Positions 28,761-39,300 of a DNA stretch of 64,000 nucleotides are shown piece by piece. Each line of letters starts with the position of its first letter. Within the stretch, counting starts at the first letter, position 1. The translations under genes and the position numbers were made by a program. The notes below the pieces were generated by a model. That model searched no databases. It saw only the letters and a program-made list of their open reading frames with translations, and had not been told where the DNA came from. Source of the stretch: Candidatus Omnitrophota bacterium (lineage in GTDB: Bacteria; Omnitrophota; Gorgyraeia; Zapsychrales; JANLHA01); the NCBI GenBank assembly GCA_963662715.1, contig OY759724.1, positions 2,522,662 to 2,586,661 on the forward strand. Direction: 5' to 3'.

Positions 28761-29249
28761 ATGAAGGTATCCAGATTGACGGCAGCAATCATGGTATTGC
28801 TGCTTACCTGCGGTGCGGGGGTTGCCCAGAGTAAAGCCCCGGAAAGTGAAAAAAAGGATCAGGTTTATGCCGAAGTTGTGGTTCAAGGCGTCAACCTGGG
28901 AGACTTTCTGCTTGTCCAGATGCCTTCCGCGGAAACGGAAATCATCGAATATCAGGACGGAGACGATTCACTCTTAAGAAAAAGGCCGGGACGGACCCGT
29001 TACAGTAATCTTATCATCAAAAGATCTATTTCCGATGATAACAGAATCATAGAGTGGTATGATGGTGTCAAGGCCGGTATGGTAGAGAGAAGAACAATCA
29101 CTCTTATTGTAAAAGATGCTCGCGGTCAGGTTGTCGATACACATACCCTGCTGAATGCTTGGCCGGCAGCATGGCAGGGCGGGGTTTTTGAAACAGCTGA
29201 ATTCGTTCTTGAAGATATGGAGAGAGTTGTAGAAGAAGAGGAAGAATAG
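28761..29249 (+). CDS. Afp1/T4 gp19-like contractile-tail tube-family protein with an N-terminal Sec-type signal peptide (orphan)
   Basis: Core YAEVVVQGVNLGDFLLVQMPSAETEIIEYQDG…RPGRTRYSNLIIKRSI…IIEWYDGV…RRTITLIVKDARGQVVDTHTLLNAWPAAWQG…AEFVLEDM aligns motif-by-motif with Afp1/PVC1-type tube proteins. N-terminus MKVSRLTAAIMVLLLTCGAGVAQS is a typical signal peptide. Confidence 0.7.
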   Translation: MKVSRLTAAIMVLLLTCGAGVAQSKAPESEKKDQVYAEVVVQGVNLGDFLLVQMPSAETEIIEYQDGDDSLLRKRPGRTRYSNLIIKRSISDDNRIIEWYDGVKAGMVERRTITLIVKDARGQVVDTHTLLNAWPAAWQGGVFETAEFVLEDMERVVEEEEE

Positions 29250-29612
29250 ATCCGCGTTTGCGAAGGCCGGTGTTTTAACCAGCCGGCCGCAAGGCGGCAG
29301 GAATATTTTTTCCTCCCTGTCCTACTTTGCCCTACTTCGTCATATTGACAGTCATCTGGTCTTCCGATAATATAAAAGGCTATTTTAACATTGCCTTGAT
29401 ATGAAATTTTTTAATGCGCATTTTATCTGTTTCGGGATAAGCAGATAAAAATTTGTTAAGATATTTTTAACTTCTATATTTGTCAGCCATCTTCCCGCCG
29501 TAGCCTGTCATAACTTTGACACTTTTTAATTTTCAACGGTGATAAAATTCACTTGAGAGGGAGATTGTTTGTTAAAAAATTATTGAGCTTAAAAATCAAA
29601 AAAGGAGGAGAC

Positions 29613-30095
29613 ATGAAAAAATCAGTTTTAACAGTACTAATGGCGGGATTTATGGCGATGAGCCTTTCCGGCTGCGCAACCAGGCTTATAGATTTCACCA
29701 TGATTTCTACCAAGAATGTCGATTTCACCAAAGGGGCCAGTTTTAAGCGGGGGAGAGAGCGAGTAGAAGGGATTGATGAAGTTTCTATTATCATTTTTAT
29801 CCCGACCGGTACCCCGAATATTAAAGAAGCGATAGACCGGGCTATTGAAAGCGTCCCCGGAGCTGTTGCTTTAGTCGATGGCGTTGTGACCCAGAAATCC
29901 TGGTATATTCCTTATATTTTCGGCAAGAGCAGTTTTGTTGTTGAAGGAACCCCGCTGATTGATCCGAGTATGGCATCGGTTGAGAGAGAATCGGATTATA
30001 TTGTAAGCAAGATGGATGAATCCGGAGAAGTTGAGGAACTGCGGTATGTCAGTGCGAATGAGTATGCAGCTTTGAAGAAGGACTTGAATTTATAG
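29613..30095 (+). CDS. Hypothetical lipoprotein (lipobox LSGC)
   Basis: RBS aaaaaggagga before the ATG at 29613; signal peptide plus Cys lipobox. The track start at 29553 is less likely. Confidence 0.5.
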   Translation: MKKSVLTVLMAGFMAMSLSGCATRLIDFTMISTKNVDFTKGASFKRGRERVEGIDEVSIIIFIPTGTPNIKEAIDRAIESVPGAVALVDGVVTQKSWYIPYIFGKSSFVVEGTPLIDPSMASVERESDYIVSKMDESGEVEELRYVSANEYAALKKDLNL

Positions 30096-30133
30096 TTCCG
30101 GATTTTTGGATATTGAAATAATGTTACAGTAAA

Positions 30134-30160
30134 CGGGCGCCTTAAGGCGTCCGCTTTTTT
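30134..30160 (+). terminator. Rho-independent terminator, cgggcgcc-ttaa-ggcgtccg plus T6
   Basis: Hairpin plus T tract just after the stop of the lipoprotein gene. Confidence 0.5.
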
Positions 30161-30598
30161 GCACAGCCGGGGCAGGGCCTGCTTTTATATATCCCTTCTT
30201 ATCCTGCATTTTTGTTGAAAAAGTGGAAATTATCCTGAGGAATCTTACCTTAATGTAGATTATTTCTCAGCCCTCATTATTAGAAAGATTTACCCGGTTC
30301 TGAGGGATATGTTGTAAGATATTCACTAATAAAACGTTATATATCTTCGGGAAAAAGACGCTCTTTATTGGCACAATTGATGCTTTAGAATAATAATGTC
30401 TGAAAATAAAATTTTGGAGTAAGGGCTTATGAAAAAAAATTGTTATGGCTGACCGCTTTTTCGGCCAGAGTATTTTTTCAGCTTTTATTTTTGGCTGGAA
30501 AATACCGGAGATTATTGGTATAAATCTTCAGGTGAAAAAGTCCGCGCTCCCTTGCCTGCGGATGATTGTGATGCCTCGGTGAGTCAGGAAAGGAGTCT

Positions 30599-31381
30599 TT
30601 GATGAAGAAGAGAAGGTTTTTTTTATTGTTTTTATGGTTTTTATGGCCGATAATCGCGGGGGCGGGTCCCGCAGGAGCGGAACCCTCTTTCCGGGTCTAT
30701 GCGGCAGCAAGTTTGACGGGGCCGTTAAAAGAGATCATCACGGCTTTTGAACAGGAATCCGGAGTCCAGGTCAAAGTCAATTTTGCTTCGTCCGGAAATT
30801 TAGCCCGGCAGATCGAACTGGGAGCGTCGGCAGATGTTTTTATATCAGCTTCACAGAAATGGATGGATTATGCCCAAGAGAAAGAGACGATTGACCCGGA
30901 AACACGGATCAACCCTATAGGGAACGCCATCGTGCTGATTTCCCCGCAAGGGATTGAGGCTGTGCCCGTGCGTTTTGATAAAGATTTCTCCTTAGCGGAC
31001 GCTTTTAACGGAAAGTTCTCTATTGGAGACCCGGATCATGTCCCGGCCGGCAAATACGCTCAAGAGGCCATGCAGGCTTTGGGATGGTGGGATCGCCTCA
31101 GTCCCCGTTTAATCCGTGCCAAAGACGTAAGGCAGGCTCTTCTTATTGTCGAGTCGGGGGAGGTTGAAATGGGAACTGTTTTTGCCTCTGACGCAGCAAA
31201 GTCCGCCAAGGTGAAGGTGGTGGGGGTTTTCCCGGAAGTTCTGCATGCTCCTGTCGTATATTCGGCAGCGCTTTGCACGCAGCGTACAGAAACAGCATTC
31301 AGTGAAAAATTTTTAAATTTTTTGCTGAGCGAAAAAGCCCAGAAAATATTTTTAGATTACGGTTTTGTGCAGGTGCCCTAG
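30599..31381 (+). CDS. modA: Molybdate ABC transporter substrate-binding protein ModA
   Basis: Signal peptide; ModA-type motifs (VYAAASLTGPL…FASSGNLARQIELGASADVFISAS…GDPDHVPAGKYAQEAM). Confidence 0.8.
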   Translation: MMKKRRFFLLFLWFLWPIIAGAGPAGAEPSFRVYAAASLTGPLKEIITAFEQESGVQVKVNFASSGNLARQIELGASADVFISASQKWMDYAQEKETIDPETRINPIGNAIVLISPQGIEAVPVRFDKDFSLADAFNGKFSIGDPDHVPAGKYAQEAMQALGWWDRLSPRLIRAKDVRQALLIVESGEVEMGTVFASDAAKSAKVKVVGVFPEVLHAPVVYSAALCTQRTETAFSEKFLNFLLSEKAQKIFLDYGFVQVP

Positions 31382-32099
31382 GAGAAAGGTCTTGTCCTTC
31401 ATGTTCCGTTTATTCACCCCGGAAGAGATCAGCGCTTTAATTCTATCTTTTAAGGTGGCGTTACTGTGCGCGGTTATTTCTGCTCCGCCGGCTATTTTCC
31501 TGGGATGGCTGTTCGCCCGTAAGGATTTTAAAGGGAAAACGCTGCTGGATGCCCTTGTCCATATTCCCATGGTTCTTCCTCCTGTTACGGTCGGGTACCT
31601 GTTGTTGCTGACATTCGGAATCAAAGGATGGTTGGGCCGTTATCTGTTCGAGTGGCTCGAAGTCCGCCTGGCTTTCAACTTTTTTGCGGCCGTTTTGGCA
31701 TCCATTGTTGTTTCTATGCCGCTTTTTGTCCGTGCTGTCCGTATCGCCATTGAAATGTCGGACCCAAAATACGAACAGGCCGCCAGGACTCTGGGGTGCG
31801 GCAGATGGAAGACTTTTTTTGCCGTGACCTTGCCGCTATCCTTCCCGGGGGTGCTCAGCGGGTTTATCCTGTCTTTTTCCCGCAGCCTGGGAGAATTCGG
31901 GGCAACGATGATTCTGGCCGGTAATATTTACGGGGAGACACAGACAATCCCGCTTGCGATTTACAGCCTGATGCAATCTCCGGGAGGGGAAGCGGCGGCT
32001 ATGCGGCTGGCCATTTTTTCTGTCATGATATCTATCGCGGCCTTCAGCATTTCGGAAGTTCTCGAGAGGCGTTCGATAAGGATGAGGCATGAACCTTAA
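31365..32099 (+). CDS. modB: Molybdate ABC transporter permease ModB
   Basis: 5/6-TM permease with EAA loop (YEQAARTLGCGRWKTFFAVTLPLSFPG). Confidence 0.85.
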   Translation: MCRCPRRKVLSFMFRLFTPEEISALILSFKVALLCAVISAPPAIFLGWLFARKDFKGKTLLDALVHIPMVLPPVTVGYLLLLTFGIKGWLGRYLFEWLEVRLAFNFFAAVLASIVVSMPLFVRAVRIAIEMSDPKYEQAARTLGCGRWKTFFAVTLPLSFPGVLSGFILSFSRSLGEFGATMILAGNIYGETQTIPLAIYSLMQSPGGEAAAMRLAIFSVMISIAAFSISEVLERRSIRMRHEP

Positions 32100-33165
32100 A
32101 CTGAACATATTCCTCCGGCAGGGGGCATTTGTCCTGGATGCGGAACTCCGTATCCAGGACCAGGTCGTCGGCTTTTTCGGCCCTTCGGGAGCGGGGAAAA
32201 GCACCATGCTGCATCTGCTGTCCGGACTTAAAAGACCGCAGAAAGGTCATATTGTTTTGGGGGGCAAGACGCTGTGCGATATCGAGAACAGAATATACGT
32301 GCCCCCGGAGAAACGCGATATCGGAGTGGTATTCCAGGAGGCGCGGCTGTTCCCTCACCTGAATGTCGAAGAAAATATTCTGTTTGGCGTCAGAAACAGG
32401 ATGGAAGGAAGTTTCCTGGAGGCGGTTATTGATACTCTTGAGATAGGGCACCTGCTTAAGAGGGTCATTTGCCATTTGTCCGGCGGAGAAAAACAGCGTG
32501 TCGCTCTGGCCCGTGCGTTAATCCGCAAACCCAGACTCTTGCTGCTTGACGAGCCGTTTTCCGCTATTGATGTTAACCTCCGGGCCATGCTTCTGCCGTT
32601 CATCAGCCGTGTCCGGCAGGAATTCAAATGCCCTATGATTATCATTTCTCATGACCTGCCGGACCTTTTGTGCCTGACAAATGCCCTGGTGATTTTTAAT
32701 GAGGGGAAAATTCTAGGCTACGGAAACTGTTCGGACCTGGTTTTTGACCCGCAGTGCTCAAGGCTTATTAAGCATGCCGGTATTTATGCCACATTTGACG
32801 CAAAGGTTACTTCTGTTGACCCCCAATCCGGGAGCGTTGCTTTTTGTCCTGAAGATAACGGGCAGGCGATAAGGGCTCCGTATAAGGAGGGTGTCCGGCC
32901 CGGTATGAATGTCAAAGCCCGTTTAAGGCCCGAAGACGTGGTCCTGGCCAGCGAGCAGGCTGATTTTATCACGTCACAGAACCAACTGAAAGCGACGATT
33001 GTGCGTGTGCGGTATTTTGAAGACGAAGTTCTACTTGAACTTGACGCGGGATTTAAAATTTTGTCCGGAATTACTCATAAGGCCGCCAAGCAGTTTGAGG
33101 TTGCCGCTGGCAAGGTGATATGGATCATGTTTAAAAGTCTGGCCGTCGAATACTACATCCCCTGA
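32089..33165 (+). CDS. modC: Molybdate ABC transporter ATP-binding protein ModC with C-terminal TOBE domain
   Basis: Walker A GPSGAGKST, signature LSGGEKQRVALARAL, Walker B LLLLDEPFSAID, plus a roughly 120-aa C-terminal OB (TOBE-like) extension. Confidence 0.85.
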   Translation: MNLKLNIFLRQGAFVLDAELRIQDQVVGFFGPSGAGKSTMLHLLSGLKRPQKGHIVLGGKTLCDIENRIYVPPEKRDIGVVFQEARLFPHLNVEENILFGVRNRMEGSFLEAVIDTLEIGHLLKRVICHLSGGEKQRVALARALIRKPRLLLLDEPFSAIDVNLRAMLLPFISRVRQEFKCPMIIISHDLPDLLCLTNALVIFNEGKILGYGNCSDLVFDPQCSRLIKHAGIYATFDAKVTSVDPQSGSVAFCPEDNGQAIRAPYKEGVRPGMNVKARLRPEDVVLASEQADFITSQNQLKATIVRVRYFEDEVLLELDAGFKILSGITHKAAKQFEVAAGKVIWIMFKSLAVEYYIP

Positions 33166-33284
33166 AAGCCCGGCGGCCTATGCCTCTCACATGGGATATT
33201 CCGATGTGCAGTTCGGCGCCGTGATAATTTTTGCGCTTCGGAAAGTTATTTTGGATGGTTGTGATATAATAGAAAACTAATATT

Positions 33285-34679
33285 ATGAACGCTAAAAACC
33301 ATCTTACTCAAGGCCGGGTCGCAGAAAAACTCCTTTCCCTGACCATCCCGATGGTATTCGGGATGCTTGCCATGGTGGTTTTTAACCTTGTGGACACCTT
33401 TTTTATTTCACGGCTGGGCACGAGACAACTGGCCGCCATGGGGTTTACCTTCCCGGTTGTGATGTTTGTTGTCAGTATTGCCCTGGGCTTTGGCGTTGCG
33501 ACTTCGTCCGTCGTTGCCCGGGCCATCGGCCGGGGAGATTCTCATCAAGTGCAGCGGCTTACCACGGACAGCCTGATTATCTCGGTGTTTCTGGTGATTA
33601 TTTTTGCTGTTCTGGGGTTGCTTTCCATGGACTGGATATTCCCGCTTCTCGGAGCCGGCGACGAAACCATTCCCCTGATCAAGGAGTATATGCATATATG
33701 GTATCTGGGGGTTGCTTTTGTTGTTATCCCCATGGTCGGGAACAATGCGATCCGGGCCTGCGGGGACACTTTTTTCCCCAGTCTGATCATGACTGTTTCC
33801 ATGGTCGTTAATGTCATTTTAGATCCTCTGCTGATTTTCGGCCTTTGGGGGTTTCCCCGTATGGAATTAAAAGGCGCGGCCATTGCCACCGTTGTCTCTC
33901 GTGCTGTCTCCATGATATTTTCTTTGCTGATTTTGCGCTTTAAAGAAAAGCTGATTGATTTTTCTTTGCCGTCTTTTAAAGAATTTATGGATTCGGTCAA
34001 ACAGATTTTTTATGTCGGTATCCCTTCCGCCGTTTCCCGGTTGCTTGTCCCTGTTACCATGGCTGTCATTATGCGTCTGGTGGCCGGTTTCGGGGCGGCG
34101 GCTGTTGCCGCCTTCGGCGTGGCCGTAAAGATCGAGATGTTCGTGTTCATACTGATCATGGCTTTGGCTACGGCGTTAATCCCTTTTGTGGGGCAGAACT
34201 GGGGGGCAAAGAATTTCAGCCGCGTTAAAGAAGCCATAGAAAAAGCCAATACATTTTCTTTGTGGTGGGGGATAGTCAGTTTTTTCGGATTTTGGGCCAT
34301 GGCTGTCCCTCTGGGCCACTTGTTCGGGAAGGATATAGAAGTGGCCAAACACATTACGCGATATTTATATATTATCCCTGTAAGTTACGGCCTGCTCGGC
34401 TGTTCATTTTTAGCGGGCGCGGTGTTTAATGCCGTGAATAAGCCGCTCATCGCCATTGGCCTGGACTCCGTGAGGCTGTTTATTCTGTCTGTTCCGTTAG
34501 CGGTGATCGGGAGCCGGCTTTCAGGATTAACCGGCTTGTTTGCGGGATTGTGTTTGGCGAACCTGGGGGCAGGGACATTATCCGTTATGGCAGGGCGGAT
34601 GTCGTTTCAGGAAAGGAAGAGAATAACAAAATTCGCTGTTAAACTGGAGGAGTCGAGTGAGCTTAGAGGAACGTGTTAA
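33285..34679 (+). CDS. MATE-family multidrug/oligosaccharidyl-lipid efflux transporter
   Basis: 12 TM helices in two 6-TM halves; conserved MATE N-terminal motifs (…PMVFGMLAMVVFNLVDTFFISRLGT…). Confidence 0.85.
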   Translation: MNAKNHLTQGRVAEKLLSLTIPMVFGMLAMVVFNLVDTFFISRLGTRQLAAMGFTFPVVMFVVSIALGFGVATSSVVARAIGRGDSHQVQRLTTDSLIISVFLVIIFAVLGLLSMDWIFPLLGAGDETIPLIKEYMHIWYLGVAFVVIPMVGNNAIRACGDTFFPSLIMTVSMVVNVILDPLLIFGLWGFPRMELKGAAIATVVSRAVSMIFSLLILRFKEKLIDFSLPSFKEFMDSVKQIFYVGIPSAVSRLLVPVTMAVIMRLVAGFGAAAVAAFGVAVKIEMFVFILIMALATALIPFVGQNWGAKNFSRVKEAIEKANTFSLWWGIVSFFGFWAMAVPLGHLFGKDIEVAKHITRYLYIIPVSYGLLGCSFLAGAVFNAVNKPLIAIGLDSVRLFILSVPLAVIGSRLSGLTGLFAGLCLANLGAGTLSVMAGRMSFQERKRITKFAVKLEESSELRGTC

Positions 34680-34923
34680 AAAGATTATTGAAGAGAACCT
34701 GGAAGAAAAAGCGGAAATTACGCTGGAAACGGATTTGCGCGACGGTCTTAATCTGGATTCTTTCGCCATGGTTTTGATCGTTAACGCCCTGGAGGAGGAG
34801 TTCGGCATTACCATTGACGATCAGAGCTTCCGGGAGATTCATACGGTGTCGGATATTGTTCAGGCTTTAAAGCAGCGCTGTCCTGAACTGCAGGAATCTC
34901 AGCCGGAGAGGAAAATGTCTTAA
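34657..34923 (+). CDS. Acyl carrier protein (GTG start, overlaps the end of the MATE gene)
   Basis: Four-helix ACP pattern with phosphopantetheine attachment motif …DGLNLDSFAMVLIV…. Confidence 0.8.
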   Translation: MSLEERVKKIIEENLEEKAEITLETDLRDGLNLDSFAMVLIVNALEEEFGITIDDQSFREIHTVSDIVQALKQRCPELQESQPERKMS

Positions 34924-34945
34924 CACATACTTAAGGGGGAGATTC

Positions 34946-36223
34946 TTGCGGAGAGTCGTTATAACAGGCCTTGGGCCGGTGACGTCATCCGGGACGGGTA
35001 AAGAGGATTTCTGGAAAAGTGTCCTGGGGAACAGAATCTGTCTTAAAAATATTCCGGAGAATTTTGAAATAGGGTATAAGTACAGGTCCCGTTATTACAG
35101 CCCGCATCCGGATGCCGATCTTTCAGGATACGGATTCCCGCCGTATTACGGCAAAGTTACCCAGGGGGAAGACAAGCTGGCTTTAATAGCTTCGAGCCTG
35201 GCCTTGAAAGATGCCGGTTTTCAAATAGACAAGGAGGGGAACCGGTTTGTCTTGCCGGAGCTGCGTTCGTGCGGAGTCATCGTGGGGATCGGCATCAGCA
35301 GTCTTGAAAACGGGTTCCATTCTTATCTGGCCCATGTGGCCCGTGACAGGGACGAAATCCCGCAAAGCCTGAACTCTGTCAAGATTCACTATAACCGCAT
35401 GGTTGTGCCCATGCTCATGCCTAATTCGGTTTCAAGCTGGATTTCCATCGCCTATGGATTGAAGGGACCGAGTTACACGGTGAATGCCGCCTGCGCTTCC
35501 GGGATTTTTGCGATAGGGAATGCTTATCAAAGCATCAGAAACGGCACCGAGGACGTTATTTTGACCGGCGGTGTGGAGTGTTTGTCTGACAGTTTCGGCG
35601 GAGTGATGCGCGGTTTTGATGTGTTGGGTGTGCTGACCCAGTCCCCGGACGGAATCCCGTATCCGTTTTCGAAAACAAGTACGGGATTTCTGTTCTCCCA
35701 GGGGGCAGCCTGTATTCTTGTCCTGGAAGAATATCAGCATGCCGTTAAACGCGGGGCCTCTGTTTATGCGGAGATAATAGATTTCCAAAGCAACAGTGAT
35801 GCTTATAACATTGTTCAAATGGACCGTTCGGGCGTTCAGATAAAACGGCTGCTCCACAACCTCAAGCAAGACCGCCGCATTGATTATTTAAATGCTCACG
35901 GCAGCGGCACGCATGTGAACGACAGCATCGAAGCCGAAGCGATCGCTGAAGTTTTTGGCCCTAAAGAGAGGCAGCCGTACATTAATTCTACAAAAGGAAT
36001 CCTCGGCCATACACTTGGCGCAAGCGGAGCCCTGGAGACAGCCGTGACGGCTCTTTCGATCAAAGAATCCCGGGTGCACGGACATCGTGTTCATGACCCC
36101 CGGGAAAATTTGAATTTGGTCGAAGAATCTATAGAGGCCAGCGTGAATGTGGCCATGTCCACATCTTATGGTTTCGGGGGGCATAATGCGGGGGTTCTCT
36201 TGAGCAGACATGACAGGCCTTAG
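34946..36223 (+). CDS. Beta-ketoacyl-ACP synthase (KAS I/II-type condensing enzyme, TTG start)
   Basis: Active-site Cys in VNAACASGIFAIG; catalytic His motifs NAHGSGTHVND and GILGHTLGASGA; thiolase-fold length. Confidence 0.85.
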   Translation: MRRVVITGLGPVTSSGTGKEDFWKSVLGNRICLKNIPENFEIGYKYRSRYYSPHPDADLSGYGFPPYYGKVTQGEDKLALIASSLALKDAGFQIDKEGNRFVLPELRSCGVIVGIGISSLENGFHSYLAHVARDRDEIPQSLNSVKIHYNRMVVPMLMPNSVSSWISIAYGLKGPSYTVNAACASGIFAIGNAYQSIRNGTEDVILTGGVECLSDSFGGVMRGFDVLGVLTQSPDGIPYPFSKTSTGFLFSQGAACILVLEEYQHAVKRGASVYAEIIDFQSNSDAYNIVQMDRSGVQIKRLLHNLKQDRRIDYLNAHGSGTHVNDSIEAEAIAEVFGPKERQPYINSTKGILGHTLGASGALETAVTALSIKESRVHGHRVHDPRENLNLVEESIEASVNVAMSTSYGFGGHNAGVLLSRHDRP

Positions 36224-36306
36224 GAGCTGTTGGCATTCCCGGCGTCTGCCCGGCAAAAACCAGCCCGCGATCTTCCTTAAAAAAACGTAATACGTTTTTT
36301 GTTTTT

Positions 36307-39300
36307 ATGAAAATGTTAAGAAGAAAATATGTGTTATGGCTCTGGACCTTTTTCGTCTTAGCCGGGGTTTGTTCCTCCGTTCATGGCGGGAACAAAAGAC
36401 AGCAGACCTTGGCGGTCCTGGGGATCACTGCGGAACCTGATATCCATCAGTCTGATAATCTGGTGTCTCTCCTTGAGGCCGGGTTGAGCGGGACGGATGA
36501 TTTGACCCTTGTGGAAAGGCGCGAGATTGATCTTGTGATTAAGGAACTGCAGCTTTCCATGGGGGATTTCTTAAGATCGGACCAGAAAATGCAGGCCGGC
36601 AGAATGCTTGGGGCTGATCTGATCGGGTATGGATTCCTGACCCGGCAGAAAACCAGAATCCGTGTCAGGTTTCGTATCGTAGAGGTGGAGACCGGGCGTG
36701 TTGTCGGAAGTTTTCTGCTGGCGGAAAAAGATCCCGAAACAATGTCTCATAAACTTTTAAGCGGTATGATAAAGTCCATAAAGACCGGCCCGGTTAAAAA
36801 TCTCCCCACTTTTACGATAGCCTCTTTTATGAATGACAGTAATTACGACAGGTTTGATGATTTTGAAAAAATCCTGTTTGACAAAGCCTTTGACTTTGTC
36901 GCCGGAACAGGAAATTTTGTATTGCTGGAGAGAGAATCAACGGGGTATTTGCTGGATGAAATTGATATGTTTAAGTCCGGTATCGTCGCTGAAGACCACG
37001 GGGCCAGGCCGGGCCGGGCTTTAAAAGCCGATTATGTGCTTAAAGGTTCTTTTGCCGAAGACCAAAGCACTCGGCAAAACGGACAATGGCTTATGAATGT
37101 TACGGTTGAATTGTGGGACTGCCGACACAGAAGAAGAGTCTGGTCTGAAATTTTTCAGTCGCCCTCTGATAGGCTCGAGCAGGAATTCACGGCCTTTTTA
37201 GAAAAAAACATGTCCCGTGTCCCGCGCGCAATATCCTTCCCTTTTAACCTGCAGCAAAAAGCTGAAAGCAGGGAATATTTAAGGAAAGGCCTGACCAATC
37301 TGTATGTCGGATCGCGGTTGCAGCAGGGGGGCATGTATGATGCTTTGAATATAGAGGATTATTTGATGAAAAGTCATTTTTCCGGAGTGAAAATGGATGT
37401 CCTGGACCGGGATGATCCCCGGGCCTACAGACGCGCCCGGGCCGGGATTAACGACCTTGAGAATGCGCTCTTTTTGGATCCGGACAATACCGTTGCAAAA
37501 CTCTACCTTGGAATGGCTTTGTGTGACTTGTACCGCGGAGATTTAAATCATAAAAGTATAGGGGTTCATGGACGACGGAGGCGTATTCTGACGATGTTGC
37601 GGGGTGCGGAGATGATCGGAAATGTCTTTCCCGCGGATAAGAAGACTTTTTCTACGGCTCTTTTTGAAGCTGTTTCCATTCTTGATTTCAGCCGGCCTCA
37701 TTCCAATCCCGAGATCACCGCAGAGTATGAGGATGCGCTCTATCGACTGGTCAGGCTGGCCTTTGATAATCTCGAGGCGTTTTCCGGGGAAGCGCAAAGA
37801 TTATTGAAAGACCGTTATGAAATCATTCTGACAAGGGGATCACAGCAAGAGCTCATACATTTTACCCGTAAACGCCTCGCAGATATCCATAAAGACAAAG
37901 CGTTCGCCCGCCGTCATCCGGAAACGGCTTTTTATGTTTTTCAGAAGATCGCCGCCATGTGGAGAGAGGAATACCGCATGGACCCGGCCTGCGAAGTCGC
38001 CGGATTCTTTGAGGAGCAGTATGAGTCCGAGAATCCGGTCTATGCCCAGCTTGCGTATTTCTGGACCGCAAAATCATATCAGCGCATGAAAGATTATACG
38101 AAGGCGCGTGATTTTTACCGGAAAGCCCAGGACATATTTTATGCCCGTTTTGCCCAAGAGCCGTTAGAGACTTTTGAGAGTTCTTCGTGGGGAGTTTTGG
38201 AGGAGAGTTTTTTTCAGGAAGCCTACATGCACCTTGAAAACAAAGAATATCAGAAGGCTATCGATGTCCTGGCCCCGTTTATCGAGGGGTGTTTTGAAAG
38301 GAATAGATATCAGGTTTTTGCTTATGATAATGCTTTAAAGCTGCTGGGCAGGGCTTATGAAGAGGAGGGGCTGATCGCCCAAGCCATTGAGTATTATCAG
38401 AAGGTCCTCGATGCCGAATATCCGAAAAATGTCTATGTTGATAAAGCGGCCATATCCTCAAGAATCAATAAACTGAAATTTGCCAGGGGGGACAAGACGG
38501 AAAATGCCGGCTTTGCCCTGTACAAGCTGGCTGATGTCAAAAACGCCAGGGAGATTGTCCGGCAAGGCTCCCAAATCTGGATTTTGAAAATGTCGGCGCT
38601 CTTCCCGGCAGCGGCCTATTCCAGCAGCAGTACGCATAGGGGAACTTACGAAGTATGGCAAGACGGGCCGGGGGGCTGGGTTAAAGCCGATGCCCCGTTA
38701 CTGACAGATTCCCAAAAGATCAGCGTCCTGTTTTTGCATGGGAATAATCTTTGGGTCGGGACTTACGGGGACGGTTTGTTCCGGCAGGACCTGGTGACGA
38801 AAAGAGTCGATTCCTTTACGACCGCATCGGGGTTGCTTTCAGATTATATCGTTTGTCTGGCAAGTTCGGCTCAAGAGCTTTTCATCGGCCTTTCGTCAAA
38901 CAAAATGAACAGTGATCGGGGAGGCGTGTTGCGGTATCATTATGGGAAAAGAATATTCAGTCCTTTCCCGGGGTTGAATTCCCGGGGGGTAAGGACATCC
39001 ATGCCCATGGCCCTGCATTATGATGAGAAGCGGGATGCTCTTTGGGTCGGCTATCCCCGCTGGGAAAAGGCGATCCTGCACAGATATTCCCTGGCGAAAA
39101 AGCAATGGGACGCCTTTATGAGTAAGGCTTACGGGAAGTTTATCTTTCAGATATTGCCTTATCATGACGATTTATTATTCGGCATGGGCGATGAACTGGC
39201 AAGATATAATCTGCCGGAGGATGGCTGGGCCGATATCCGGGGGGGGAGAATCGACGGGTTTAAGAAATATAATATTTTTGAGACCCAGACCTCGCTTTTT

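Noticed and set aside
31352-32475. Minus-strand ORFs of 90-143 aa across the modB and modC genes
   Set aside because: They are antisense to well-supported ABC permease and ATPase genes.
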